Positions 36,010 to 46,726 of a stretch of DNA of 64,000 nt are shown here, piece after piece. The stretch is from Alphaproteobacteria bacterium (GTDB lineage Bacteria > Pseudomonadota > Alphaproteobacteria > Rs-D84). The DNA is taken from NCBI GenBank assembly GCA_024402765.1, contig JAKSTC010000003.1:16112-80111 (forward strand), given 5' to 3'. The notes beneath the pieces were generated by a model that was not told the DNA's origin, made no database searches, and was given only the letters and a program-made list of their open reading frames with translations. A program made the position numbers and the translations under genes. The first letter of the stretch is position 1. Every line of letters begins with the position of its first letter.

Positions 36010-36684
36010 ATGAAACAAACAAAGAAACAACAGACATGGGCGAATTTAGATAAAGAAAAAGTCTATACAATTGCTGACGCGATTGAGGCTTTACGTCCAT
36101 ATTGTTCAAAAAAGTTCGATGAAACATTGGAAATCGCTGTTCGTTTGGGAATTGATGTAACCAAGAATGATCAAAATATTCGTGGTATGTTGACTTTACC
36201 AAATGGTACTGGTAAAACTGTGCGTGTTGCGGTCTTCACAATAAATAACCAAGATGATGCCAAAAAGGCAGGTGCAGATGTTGTTGGTGGCGAAGATTTA
36301 ATCGAACAGGTCGCTGCAGGTAATGTAAACTTTGATCGCGTTATTGCAACACCTGATATGATGCCAAAGATGTCAAAGGTGGCACGTGTTTTGGGTCCAA
36401 AGGGCTTGATGCCAAATCCAAAGCTGGGCACAGTTACAAACAATGTTGCAGAGGCTGTTAAAATTGCCAAGGCTGGTCAGATTGAATATCGTGCTGAAAA
36501 GAACGGTATTGTTCATGCTGGTTTGGGCAAAATGTCATTTGCAACCGATAAATTGGTTGAAAATGTAAATGCATTGATTGAACAGTTGAAAAAAATCAAA
36601 CCTGCATCGTCAAAAGGACAATACATTTTGGCATGCAGTATCGCAACAACCCAGGGTCCAGGTCTGAAGGTTGAAGCAAAATAA
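36010..36684 (+). CDS. rplA: 50S ribosomal protein L1
   Basis: FDETLEIAVRLGIDV...GTGKTVRVAVF...LGPKGLMPNPK. Confidence 0.97.
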   Translation: MKQTKKQQTWANLDKEKVYTIADAIEALRPYCSKKFDETLEIAVRLGIDVTKNDQNIRGMLTLPNGTGKTVRVAVFTINNQDDAKKAGADVVGGEDLIEQVAAGNVNFDRVIATPDMMPKMSKVARVLGPKGLMPNPKLGTVTNNVAEAVKIAKAGQIEYRAEKNGIVHAGLGKMSFATDKLVENVNALIEQLKKIKPASSKGQYILACSIATTQGPGLKVEAK

Positions 36685-36693
36685 TACATTGGT

Positions 36694-36865
36694 GTGCGTA
36701 CAAAATCGTACGCACATCGATACGGGATTTCTGTCCGAGACTGATGGTGCGCAAGCTTAATTTCCATCATAGACAAAGAAAAAATTCTTTGGGGCAGGAA
36801 CAAAAGCCCCACCCGGGCAAAACCGGATGGAAAGTTAACAAATGAAGAAGTAAGGGTATGATATA
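36694..36865 (+). promoter_or_regulatory. Structured rplJ leader (candidate L10/L12 autoregulatory leader)
   Basis: The 181-nt rplA-rplJ spacer holds four hairpins read by eye: GTGCGTAC/GTACGCAC, TGATGG/CCATCA, TGGGGC/GCCCCA and CCGG/CCGG. Confidence 0.35.
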
Positions 36866-37342
36866 ATGAAACGCGAAGAAAAATCAGATTTGATTTCAGC
36901 GTTGCAGTCATCCTTAAAAGACGCAAACGGTGTTTTCGTTGTTGAAAACCATGGTTTGACAGTCCAGGAATTGGAATCTTTGCGTAATGAATTGCGTGAT
37001 AAGGTTTCATTATTCAAAGTTGTCAAAAACCGTTTGATGAAATTGGCATTGAAAGATACCGATTTTGAACCTGTATCCGGTATGATGAAACGCCCAACAG
37101 CGGTTGCAGTTGCAACAGACGGTTTGGCGGTTACCAAGGTATTGGCTAAATTTGCGGAAGAACACCCAAATTTAACAATCGTTGGCGGCAAAATGGATGC
37201 GGATGTCTTGGACGTGGATGGCATCGTGCAATTATCCAAGCTTCCTTCCCTGTTGGAAATTCGTTCTACTATTGCGCGTATTTTGGTTGAACCAGCATCG
37301 CGCTTGGCGCGTGTTTCAGCAGAGTATGGAAAAAAGAATTAA
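36866..37342 (+). CDS. rplJ: 50S ribosomal protein L10
   Basis: Position between rplA and rplL, 158 aa, L10-like sequence. Confidence 0.93.
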   Translation: MKREEKSDLISALQSSLKDANGVFVVENHGLTVQELESLRNELRDKVSLFKVVKNRLMKLALKDTDFEPVSGMMKRPTAVAVATDGLAVTKVLAKFAEEHPNLTIVGGKMDADVLDVDGIVQLSKLPSLLEIRSTIARILVEPASRLARVSAEYGKKN

Positions 37343-37367
37343 ACTAAAACTCTAAAGGAGTAATAAA

Positions 37368-37739
37368 ATGGCAGATATTCAAAAGATAGTTGAAGAATTG
37401 TCAAAATTAACTGTTTTAGAAGCAGTTGAATTGTCCAAAGCATTGGAAGAAACATGGGGCGTTAGTGCTGCTGCTGCTGCTGCTGTTGCAGTTGCTGCGG
37501 GTCCTGCTGCTGCTGCTGCGGAAGAAAAGACAGAATTTGATGTTGTATTGGCAGATGCCGGTGCAAACAAATTGGCTGTTATCAAGGCAGTTAAAGACAT
37601 TACTGGGTTAGGTTTGGGCGAAGCAAAAGCTTTGGTCGAATCTGCACCAAAGGCTGTCAAAGAAGCTGTTGCCAAAGATGAAGCTGAAAAAATGAAAGCG
37701 ACATTAGAAGCAGCTGGCGCGAAAGTAGAATTGAAATAA
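37368..37739 (+). CDS. rplL: 50S ribosomal protein L7/L12
   Basis: Ala-rich hinge and a C-terminal domain reading [24 protein letters not shown]. Confidence 0.97.
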   Translation: MADIQKIVEELSKLTVLEAVELSKALEETWGVSAAAAAAVAVAAGPAAAAAEEKTEFDVVLADAGANKLAVIKAVKDITGLGLGEAKALVESAPKAVKEAVAKDEAEKMKATLEAAGAKVELK

Positions 37740-37881
37740 TTTCTACAAATTAAAAATCGTTATGGGAAACTATAACGTCACCGTTGCCCGTCACAAAAAT
37801 TGTGGCGGGCATAGGTGCGAAAAAAAATAGATACAAACAGTTTCGTTTGCAAAACGCACAGAAAAAAAAGGATTGATACCC

Positions 37882-40800
37882 ATGGCAGTTATCCAGAAAC
37901 TTAGAAAATCTTTCGGTAAAAGTTTTTTGCAAACTCCACTTCCTGATTTAGTTGAGATACAATATAATTCCTACAAAGATTTCTTGCAGGCTGATGTTGA
38001 ACCGGCAGACCGTAAAAACATTGGGTTGCAGAATGTATTTTCATCTATGTTCCCAATCAAAGATTATGCCGGTGTGGCAGATTTGGAATTTGTGGAATAT
38101 ACATTGGAAAAACCTGTTTACAATGTAAAGGAATGTATGTTGCGCAATATGACTTATTCGCGCAGATTAAAATTGAAGTTGAGATTGATTTTATGGGATG
38201 TCGCAGAAGACGGCAAAAAAACTTTGCGCGATATCAAAGAACAAGAAATATTTATGGGCGAAGTGCCATTAATGACAGAACGTGGTAGTTTTATTGCGTC
38301 AGGTGTTGAACGTGTTATCGTTTCACAAATGCATCGTGCCCAGGGTGTTGTGTTCGCAACCACGAAAGAAGCCAAAGTGGCTGGGAATCCAACAACTTAT
38401 ACTGCACGCATTATTCCAGAACACGGCAGTTGGATCGATTTTGAAGAGTCCAAGGGTGTAATCTATGTTCGTATTGATCGCCGTCGCAAGATTCCTGCAA
38501 CTGTATTATTGCGTTGCTTACCTGCGGCCGAAGATGAAAAGACATGGGTAGCTGATCCACATAAATTGGGTATCCGTGGAATGTCTGATACGGAAATCCT
38601 TGGTGCGTTCTACAAACAATTACCTTTAGAATTTAACGGCAAGGTTTGGATTGGTAAAACAGCCAGCTTTGAAGGCTTAGAAAAATTCCGCCTGAATTAT
38701 GATTTATTGGGTGTCAAAGATAAAAAACCATTGGCATCCAAGGGTGACCGTTTAAATGCAAAACGTTTGGCCAAGATTGCAACAGCATCCAAAGAATATG
38801 CTGTTGAATCTGAATCTTTGATTGGTGAATACTTATTTGAACCAATTATGAATGGCGATGAAGTTTTGTATACAGCAGGCACAGAAATTACAGATGAAGT
38901 TTTGTCTGATATTGCAAAATTGGGTGTCAAAAAGATATCTTTGATTGCAATTGATAATAACACAGTTACTGCACATATGCGCAATACTTTGGTTGCAGAC
39001 AAAATTACAAATCGTGATGATGCGTTAATTGAAATTTATAACATTATCAGACCGGGTGAACGTCCAACAGTTGAAACGGCAACGAATTTATTCTTGCGTC
39101 AAGGTTTTGATGCGGCGTATTATGATTTGTCTGCAGTCGGTCGTTTCAAAATGAACAAACGTTTGAAAATTGATTCTGGTAAACGTCCCGAAGATGATTG
39201 TTTGTTGACCAAAGCGGATTTCTTGGCTGTATTAAAAACATTAACAAACATCATTGATCATAAGGATACAATTGATGATATTGATAATTTGTCTAACCGT
39301 CGTGTTCGCACAGTTGGCGAATTGTTGGAACAAACATTCCGGACCGGTATGTTACGTATTGATCGTTTAGTCCGTGAAAGTTTGTCTTCACCAAATATCG
39401 CAAATATGCAACCCCAGGATGTTATCAATGTGAAACCGTTAATGTCTTTGGTTTCTGAATTCTTGGGAACATCACAGTTATCTCAATTTATGGATGCATA
39501 TAATCCATTAGCAGAATTGGAACACAAACGTCTTATTTCTGCATTGGGACCTGGGGGATTAAACCGTGAACGTGCGGGCATTGATGTTCGTGACGTACAC
39601 CCAACACACTATGGTCGTTTGTGCCCAATTCACACCCCCGAAGGTGCGAATATCGGTCTGATTAACCATTTGGCAACCTATGCACGTGTTAATCCATACG
39701 GATTTATTGAAACACCATACTATGTTGTTAAAAATGGTAAGGTCACAGATGAAATGGTTTATTTGACTGCGGATGAAGAATTGGGGCATAAAATTGCTCA
39801 GGGTAATACTCCGACAAACGCGTCAGGTACTTTGACTGATGATATGGTAACTGCGCGTGTTGACGGTGAATTTACCATGATTCCAAAGGTTGATGTTGAC
39901 TTAATCGATGTTGAACCACGCCAGGTGGTGTCAATTGCAACAGGTTTGATACCCTTTGTTGAAAACGATGACGCTAACCGTGCTTTGATGGGTTCAAACA
40001 TGCAACGTCAGGGTGTTCCATTATTGCGTGTTCAGGCACCATTGGTGGGGACCGGTATTGAACGTGAGGTTGCACGTGATTCCCGCACTGGTAAGGTTGC
40101 AAAACACAGTGGTATTGTTGAATCTGTGGATGCAAATCGTATCGTGGTAAAATGTATGAATTCACGTAATATCGTAACAGGTGTTGATATTTATAACCTT
40201 GAGAAATTTGAGCGTTCCAACAGTGAAACTTTGATTCACCAGAAACCATTGGTTCATGTCGGTGATCGTATTTCTGCTGGCGACATCATTGCCGATGGTG
40301 CGTCTATGAATTACGGTGAATTGGCATTGGGACGTAACGTTTTGGTCGCATTTGTGCCATGGCGTGGTTATAACTACGAAGACGCTATTGTGATTTCTGA
40401 ACGTATTTCACGCGATGATGCATTTACATCTATCAAGATTGTTGAAAAAGAATTCAAGGTTCGTGATACTCAATTAGGCCCAGAAAGTTTCACACGTGAT
40501 ATTCCAAATGTTAGTGAAGAATCATTAAAGAATTTGGATGAATCTGGTATTATTTATGTCGGTGCGCGTGTAAAACAGGGTGATATTTTGGTAGGTCGTG
40601 TTTCACCAAAATCTGAAACATTATTGACCCCCGAAGAGGCCTTGTTGCGTAACATCTTTGGTGAAAAGGCACTGAATGTAAAAGATACATCTTTGCGTGT
40701 TGGACCAAACGAAGAAGGAACTGTTATTGGCGTTAATGTTTTGACGCGTCATGGGGTCAAGAAAGATGAACGTACCCAAATGATTGAATTAGAAAAGATT

Positions 40801-42018
40801 GCAAAAATCAACAAGGATCGCGAAGAAGAAACTGCGATTATTGAAAAAGGTTTTGCAGATCAGGTTTTCCAAATGGTTGAAAATCAAACCATTGAATCTG
40901 GGACTGGTTCAATTAAACCTTTTGTGGGTAAGAAAATAACAGCAGAGGTATTTGAAGGTATTAAACCAACAGATGTCAAGAAATTGTCTGTTAGTGATAA
41001 AGAAATTCAGACCAAGATTGATGAATTGCGCGAACAATTAACAATTAAATTAAAATTGTTAAATGAAAGGGCTGATGCAGAAATTGCCAAGGCCACAGAA
41101 AGCAATTCTTTGGCTGCAAGTGTATTGAAAGAAGTTAAGGTGTACATTGCACATAAAATGAAATTGCAGCCTGGTGATAAAATGGCTGGACGTCATGGAA
41201 ACAAGGGTATTGTGTCCAAGGTTGTTCCAATTGAAGATATGCCACATATGGAAGACGGAACCCCAGTTGATATCGTATTGAATCCTTTGGGCGTGCCTTC
41301 ACGTATGAATATTGGTCAGATTTTGGAAACCCACTTGGGTATGGCAGCGCGCACATTGGGTCAACAGATTGGTGCTGTTTTAGATGAAGTAAAACAGAAA
41401 CGTGCTGTGACCGATGATTTGCGTAATATCATGGGGCAGATTTATGGTAAAGAAACGGCTGAAAAGTTAGAAAAAATGACTGATACAGACGTTCGTGCAG
41501 AGGCTGCTTTGTTGCGCGATGGTGTTCCAATGGCAACACCAACATTTGACGGGGCAAGCCCAGATGATATTAAAGCAATGTTAAAATTGGCAAAATTGCC
41601 AGAAACAGGCCAGTTCACTCTGTATGATGGTATGACGGGTGAAAAGTTTGCGCGTCCTGTAACAGTTGGTGTTATGTACATGATGAAATTGCATCACTTT
41701 GTTGATGAAAAGATTCACGCACGTTCTGTCGGCAGTTATTCGTTGGTTACACAACAACCATTGTCCGGTAAGGCACACATGGGTGGTCAGCGTTTAGGTG
41801 AAATGGAAGTGTGGGCATTAGAAGCACATGGTGCAGCACACCTGTTACGCGAAATGTTGACGGTTAAATCTGACGATATTGTTGGGCGTAACAAGATGTA
41901 TGAATCTATCATCTCTGGCAGTGATGATATTCAAACAGGAACACCAGAGGCATTCAACGTATTCGTTCGCGAATTGCGTGGGTTGGGTTTGGTGATGACA
42001 CCAAAGAAAATAGACTAG
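37882..42018 (+). CDS. rpoB: DNA-directed RNA polymerase subunit beta
   Basis: About 1378 aa with conserved blocks (NLSNRRVRTVGELL, GRHGNKGIVSK, PSRMNIGQILE). ATG 37882 preferred over the TTG at 37873. Confidence 0.97.
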   Translation: MAVIQKLRKSFGKSFLQTPLPDLVEIQYNSYKDFLQADVEPADRKNIGLQNVFSSMFPIKDYAGVADLEFVEYTLEKPVYNVKECMLRNMTYSRRLKLKLRLILWDVAEDGKKTLRDIKEQEIFMGEVPLMTERGSFIASGVERVIVSQMHRAQGVVFATTKEAKVAGNPTTYTARIIPEHGSWIDFEESKGVIYVRIDRRRKIPATVLLRCLPAAEDEKTWVADPHKLGIRGMSDTEILGAFYKQLPLEFNGKVWIGKTASFEGLEKFRLNYDLLGVKDKKPLASKGDRLNAKRLAKIATASKEYAVESESLIGEYLFEPIMNGDEVLYTAGTEITDEVLSDIAKLGVKKISLIAIDNNTVTAHMRNTLVADKITNRDDALIEIYNIIRPGERPTVETATNLFLRQGFDAAYYDLSAVGRFKMNKRLKIDSGKRPEDDCLLTKADFLAVLKTLTNIIDHKDTIDDIDNLSNRRVRTVGELLEQTFRTGMLRIDRLVRESLSSPNIANMQPQDVINVKPLMSLVSEFLGTSQLSQFMDAYNPLAELEHKRLISALGPGGLNRERAGIDVRDVHPTHYGRLCPIHTPEGANIGLINHLATYARVNPYGFIETPYYVVKNGKVTDEMVYLTADEELGHKIAQGNTPTNASGTLTDDMVTARVDGEFTMIPKVDVDLIDVEPRQVVSIATGLIPFVENDDANRALMGSNMQRQGVPLLRVQAPLVGTGIEREVARDSRTGKVAKHSGIVESVDANRIVVKCMNSRNIVTGVDIYNLEKFERSNSETLIHQKPLVHVGDRISAGDIIADGASMNYGELALGRNVLVAFVPWRGYNYEDAIVISERISRDDAFTSIKIVEKEFKVRDTQLGPESFTRDIPNVSEESLKNLDESGIIYVGARVKQGDILVGRVSPKSETLLTPEEALLRNIFGEKALNVKDTSLRVGPNEEGTVIGVNVLTRHGVKKDERTQMIELEKIAKINKDREEETAIIEKGFADQVFQMVENQTIESGTGSIKPFVGKKITAEVFEGIKPTDVKKLSVSDKEIQTKIDELREQLTIKLKLLNERADAEIAKATESNSLAASVLKEVKVYIAHKMKLQPGDKMAGRHGNKGIVSKVVPIEDMPHMEDGTPVDIVLNPLGVPSRMNIGQILETHLGMAARTLGQQIGAVLDEVKQKRAVTDDLRNIMGQIYGKETAEKLEKMTDTDVRAEAALLRDGVPMATPTFDGASPDDIKAMLKLAKLPETGQFTLYDGMTGEKFARPVTVGVMYMMKLHHFVDEKIHARSVGSYSLVTQQPLSGKAHMGGQRLGEMEVWALEAHGAAHLLREMLTVKSDDIVGRNKMYESIISGSDDIQTGTPEAFNVFVRELRGLGLVMTPKKID

Positions 42019-42061
42019 TGGCAGCGGCCGCATGTTGCGGGAAACCGCAACACGCTGCCAC
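42018..42061 (+). other. Nested hairpin in the rpoB-rpoC spacer
   Basis: GTGGCAGCG/CGCTGCCAC (9 bp) encloses TTGCGG-GAAA-CCGCAA, which has a GNRA loop. It begins in the rpoB stop codon. Confidence 0.6.
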
Positions 42062-42095
42062 ACGCACTTTTACTTGACTAAAAGGAGCAAAATAA

Positions 42096-45000
42096 ATGGC
42101 AAATATGTTGCAAAAGATATTTGGACAAATAGAAACAAAAGAACAGTTTGATGCTTTGCGTATTACTATTGCGTCCCCCGAAGAAATTCTGTCTTGGTCG
42201 CATGGTGAGGTTAAAAAGCCTGAAACAATTAACTATCATTCTTTGAAACCAGAAGCCGAGGGTTTGTTCTGTCAACAAATCTTTGGACCAGTCAAAGATT
42301 ATGAATGTGCATGTGGTAAATATAAAAGAATAAAATTCCGTGGTGTTGTTTGTGAACGTTGCGGGGTAGAGGTCGGGCCATCATCTGTTCGTCGTGAACG
42401 TATGGGGCACATTAAGTTAGCGATGCCTGTTGCACACACTTGGTTTTTGCGTGAAGGCAAAATCGCAACATTATTAAATAACTTGCCGCAAAAGAAATTG
42501 GAACAGGTTATTTCTTATGATGCGTATATTGTTATTGAACCGGGTCTGACCAGTTTGAAATTGTATGATGTCATTAGCGAAGACGAATATCAGGCAAAAA
42601 AAGAAGAATTTGGGGAAGATTCTTTCCGTGTTGGTATCGGGGCTGAGGGTGTTCGTTCGATAATTGCGAACCTTGATATGGGTGATGAACGTACCCGTTT
42701 GCGCGCAGAATTAGCAGAAACAAAATCTGAGGCAAAGCGCAAAGCGATTATTAAACAGTTGAAATTGGTAGAAGCGTTTTTGGATTCTAAAACAGAACCA
42801 GCATGGATGTTGCCGGATATTATCCCGGTAATTCCACCAGATATGCGTCCATTGGTGACATTGGATGCGGGGCATGTTGCGGCATCTGATTTGAATGATT
42901 TGTATCGTCGTGTAATTATCCGTAACAATCGTTTGAAAAGATTTATGGAAATGCACGCACCCGACATTATCGTTCGTAACGAAAAACGTATGCTTCAGGA
43001 AGCGGTTGATTCATTGTTTGATAACGGACACAAGGCGCGTCCAATGGTGTCCCAGAATCGTCGTCCATTGAAATCGTTGTCGGACTCGCTACGTGGTAAA
43101 TCTGGACGTTTTCGTATGAACATGTTGGGTAAACGTGTTGATTATTCTGGACGTTCTGTAATTGTGTCTGGACCAACACTAAAAATGCATCAGGTTGGTT
43201 TGCCAAAAACAATGGCATTGGAATTGTTTAAACCTTTTGTATTTGCGCGTTTGTTGTCTGGTGGTTATGCAAACACATTAAAGACTGCACGTAAAATGGT
43301 TGAAAATGGCGAAGATATCGTATGGGAAATGCTGGAAAAGGTTATTTACCAACACCCCGTATTGTTGAACCGTGCACCAACATTGCACAGATTGTCCTTG
43401 TTGGCATTTGAACCAGTTTTGATTGAAGGTAAGGCAATTCGTTTGCATCCATTGGTCTGTAGTGGATTTAATGCTGACTTTGACGGTGACCAGATGTCTG
43501 TTCACGTGCCAATTTCATTAGAGGCACAGTTGGAAGCACGCACATTAATGTTATCAACAAATAACATTTTGTCGCCTGCAAACGGTAATCCTATGACAGT
43601 ATTGTCCCAGGACATGGTGTTGGGTATTTATTATATTTCGTTGATGAACGGCGAACATACTGATAAATCCCCACGTTTTTCTGGTATGGACGAAGTTCAG
43701 TTGGCATTGCAAAATAAAACAATTACTTTGCATACACCAATTATCGCACGTGTTAACGGTAAAACCTATAAAACAACCGCGGGTCGTATGATTTTGGGTG
43801 AATTATTGCCAAAGTCTGATAAAATGCCGTTTGATTTGGTGAACAAGGTTATGCCATCTGGCGAAATCAAATCTTTGCTTGCAACAACATATGAACGTTG
43901 TGGCGACAAAGCGATGGTATTGTTGGCAGATGCGTTAAAGAATACTGGGTTTGAACAGGCTGCACGCAGTGGTATTTCGATTGGATTTAACGATATTGTT
44001 ATTCCAGAAGAAAAAGACGAAATGATAAAGAATACTGAAAAACAGGCTGCTGAAATTGAAAACCAATATCAAAGCGGTTTGTTGTCCAGCGGTGAACGTC
44101 ATAATAAGTTGATTGACTTGTGGCAGAAAACAACCGATAAACTGGGTGATTTGGCATATGCTGCATTGGGTAAGACAGAGGGCAATAAATGGAACTCTAT
44201 CTATATGATGGCTGATTCTAAGGCTCGTGGTTCAAAAACTCAGATTCAACAGTTGGCAGGTATGCGTGGTATGATGCAAAAGCCAGATGGTTCCATTATT
44301 GAAGTTCCTATTATTTCGAACTTTAAAGAAGGTTTAACCATGTCTGAATACTTTACGTCAACCCACGGTGCGCGTAAGGGTATGTCGGATACAGCTTTGA
44401 AGACGGCTGAGGCAGGTTACCTGACCCGTCGTTTGGTTGAATTGGCACAAAATACTGTTATTACAGAACATGATTGTGGCACAACTGAATTTATTACTGC
44501 GAAGCCAGTGTACCAGGGTTCAACATTGTCTGTACCATTGGGTGATGTTGTTTTGGGACGTACTGCAGCCAAAGATATTATTCATCCATCTACCAAGGAA
44601 GTTATTGTCCCTGCGGGTGAGTTAATTACCAAGGTTGCAGCGAAACAAATCAACGAATCTGGATTGCCAAGTGTTGATGTTCGCAGTGTTTTGACATGTT
44701 GCAGTGATGGACTTTGCGCAAAATGTTATGGTATGGACTTGTCACGTGGAACATTGGTTCATGTTGGTGAAGCCGTTGGTGTTATCGCGGGTCAATCCAT
44801 TGGTGAACCTGGAACACAGTTGACATTGCGTACCTTCCACATTGGTGGTATTGCAGAGGGTGGGTCTGAGAGTCACTTTATAGAAGTCCCAGTTGCCGGA
44901 ACAATTAAATTTGACGGTGTGAATACAATTACTAATTCTGCCGGTCGTGTAATTGTGTTGTCGCGTAACGGTGAAATATCTGTTGTTGACGACAAGGGTG

Positions 45001-46205
45001 AAAAGTTGTTTAGTACGGCATTGCCATACGCATCCATGTTGATTGTTTCCGAAGGCGACAAAGTAGCCAAAGGCGACAAGGTTGCAGAATGGGATCCTTA
45101 TTCGAACACAATCATCGCTGAAAAGGACGGAAATGTTTGCTTTAATGATCTGATTGAAAACATTTCTTATCTCGAAGAAGTTGATGCGATGACGGGTATT
45201 GTTTCGCGCAAGGTTGTAAACTGGAAAACAAACACCAAGAAAGCATTAAAACCTGCGGTTACATTGGTCGACGCCAAGGGCGAAGTAATATCATTGGGTG
45301 GCAAAAAGATTGCAGAATATTTGTTACCAATTTATTCTGTATTGAATGTTAACAATGGTGATGCGGTTAAGGCGGGTGATGTTTTGGCGCGTATTCCTGT
45401 GCAAACCAAAAAGACAAACGATATTACCGGTGGTCTGCCACGCGTAGAAGAATTGTTAGAAGTGCGTCATCCTGCAAATCCTGCATTGTTGGCAGAAGTT
45501 GATGGAACCGTTGAATTGGAAGATGCGAAAGCCAAAATCATTATTCGTATTGATCCAACTGATGGAACAGCGCCGGTCGAATACGCGGTACCAAAGGGAA
45601 CGAACCTGTTGGTGCGCAGTGGTGATACCGTTCGCAAGGCTGATAAATTGGTTGATGGTGAACCAGTGCCCCAGGATATTTTGCGCATCTTGGGTCAGAA
45701 AGCATTGGCGACCTTTATGGTTGAACAGATTCAACAGGTTTACCGCCTGCAGGGTGTGGCAATTAATGACAAGCATATCGAAATTTTGATACGTGAAATG
45801 ACACGTCGTGTAGAAATCACAAATCCTGGTGATACTGGTTTCTTGATGGGTCAGGTTATTGATCGTGTCGATTTCGAAGAAGAAAATGCGCGCGTTGCAC
45901 ATGATGGTGGCAAAGTGGCCGTGGCTTCACAAGTCTTGGTTGGTTTGACACGTGCATCGTTGACATCACGTTCATTTATCTCTAATGCTTCGTTCCAACA
46001 GACGACCAAGGTGTTGGTTGATGCGGCTATTAGCGGTGCAACCGATAAATTGGTTGGTATCAATGAAAACTTGATTGTTGGTCGTTTGATTCCTGTGGGA
46101 ACTGGTGCATACGTTCGTCGTGTGCGCGAAATTGCCAAGGAAGAAGAACGTGCTGACAAATTGGCACGCGAAGGTGGTGACCAACAACAGTTGTTGGATA
46201 TGTAG
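42096..46205 (+). CDS. rpoC: DNA-directed RNA polymerase subunit beta'
   Basis: 1369 aa; NADFDGDQM catalytic motif and Zn-binding CxC...CxxC near the N-terminus. Confidence 0.97.
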   Translation: MANMLQKIFGQIETKEQFDALRITIASPEEILSWSHGEVKKPETINYHSLKPEAEGLFCQQIFGPVKDYECACGKYKRIKFRGVVCERCGVEVGPSSVRRERMGHIKLAMPVAHTWFLREGKIATLLNNLPQKKLEQVISYDAYIVIEPGLTSLKLYDVISEDEYQAKKEEFGEDSFRVGIGAEGVRSIIANLDMGDERTRLRAELAETKSEAKRKAIIKQLKLVEAFLDSKTEPAWMLPDIIPVIPPDMRPLVTLDAGHVAASDLNDLYRRVIIRNNRLKRFMEMHAPDIIVRNEKRMLQEAVDSLFDNGHKARPMVSQNRRPLKSLSDSLRGKSGRFRMNMLGKRVDYSGRSVIVSGPTLKMHQVGLPKTMALELFKPFVFARLLSGGYANTLKTARKMVENGEDIVWEMLEKVIYQHPVLLNRAPTLHRLSLLAFEPVLIEGKAIRLHPLVCSGFNADFDGDQMSVHVPISLEAQLEARTLMLSTNNILSPANGNPMTVLSQDMVLGIYYISLMNGEHTDKSPRFSGMDEVQLALQNKTITLHTPIIARVNGKTYKTTAGRMILGELLPKSDKMPFDLVNKVMPSGEIKSLLATTYERCGDKAMVLLADALKNTGFEQAARSGISIGFNDIVIPEEKDEMIKNTEKQAAEIENQYQSGLLSSGERHNKLIDLWQKTTDKLGDLAYAALGKTEGNKWNSIYMMADSKARGSKTQIQQLAGMRGMMQKPDGSIIEVPIISNFKEGLTMSEYFTSTHGARKGMSDTALKTAEAGYLTRRLVELAQNTVITEHDCGTTEFITAKPVYQGSTLSVPLGDVVLGRTAAKDIIHPSTKEVIVPAGELITKVAAKQINESGLPSVDVRSVLTCCSDGLCAKCYGMDLSRGTLVHVGEAVGVIAGQSIGEPGTQLTLRTFHIGGIAEGGSESHFIEVPVAGTIKFDGVNTITNSAGRVIVLSRNGEISVVDDKGEKLFSTALPYASMLIVSEGDKVAKGDKVAEWDPYSNTIIAEKDGNVCFNDLIENISYLEEVDAMTGIVSRKVVNWKTNTKKALKPAVTLVDAKGEVISLGGKKIAEYLLPIYSVLNVNNGDAVKAGDVLARIPVQTKKTNDITGGLPRVEELLEVRHPANPALLAEVDGTVELEDAKAKIIIRIDPTDGTAPVEYAVPKGTNLLVRSGDTVRKADKLVDGEPVPQDILRILGQKALATFMVEQIQQVYRLQGVAINDKHIEILIREMTRRVEITNPGDTGFLMGQVIDRVDFEEENARVAHDGGKVAVASQVLVGLTRASLTSRSFISNASFQQTTKVLVDAAISGATDKLVGINENLIVGRLIPVGTGAYVRRVREIAKEEERADKLAREGGDQQQLLDM

Positions 46206-46225
46206 TTAAAACAGAGGGGGACTTT

Positions 46226-46262
46226 GTCCGCGCCCCGATTTGCAGGCGCGGACAATTTTTTA
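46226..46262 (+). terminator. Rho-independent terminator after rpoC
   Basis: GTCCGCGCC, a 10-nt loop, GGCGCGGAC, then AATTTTTT. Confidence 0.8.
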
Positions 46263-46264
46263 AC

Positions 46265-46663
46265 ATGACAGAAATACCTGCAATTTTTTGTGATATTGAC
46301 GGCGTAGTAAGTAAAAAATTTGCTGTTCCAAACTATGACCATTTTGGTGAACCAAACCCAAATATGATAAAGGTTTTGGAAACATTGGGTCGTGATTTTA
46401 CGATTGTGTTTATTACGGGTCGTTGGGCAATGGGCCAGGCAAAGGTTGAAATGTTTATAGATGGTTTATTGCCAAATATAAAAAAACGCGTTTTTTGCAA
46501 GGCGCACGATTACCCCGGGACAACCGCAGAATTTAAACTTGCAACGATAACAAACCTGGAAAAAGAAGGTTATAAATTCTATTTTGGTATGGATGATCAT
46601 GATGCTGTGATTGGTTTGATGCACAATCATGGAATGTTTGTTGCGCGTGTAATTTCAGAATAA
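46265..46663 (+). CDS. Small HAD-superfamily phosphatase-like protein
   Basis: FCDIDGVV (DxDG motif I), FITGR (motif II) and GMDDHD (motif IV). 132 aa. The start codon lies 3 nt after the rpoC terminator T-tract. Confidence 0.6.
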   Translation: MTEIPAIFCDIDGVVSKKFAVPNYDHFGEPNPNMIKVLETLGRDFTIVFITGRWAMGQAKVEMFIDGLLPNIKKRVFCKAHDYPGTTAEFKLATITNLEKEGYKFYFGMDDHDAVIGLMHNHGMFVARVISE

Positions 46664-46726
46664 AAAAAACTTGCAAATTGGTAATAATTGAATAAAATAT
46701 ACAAACTGTAGATAAAAGGATAGAAA

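Noticed and set aside
36513-37239. Minus-strand ORFs of 165 aa and 134 aa
   Set aside because: They are antisense to rplA, the rplJ leader and rplJ.
45851-46342. 163-aa minus-strand ORF spanning the rpoC 3' end, the terminator and the HAD gene start
   Set aside because: It overlaps a well-supported gene end and a terminator, so it is most likely a shadow ORF.
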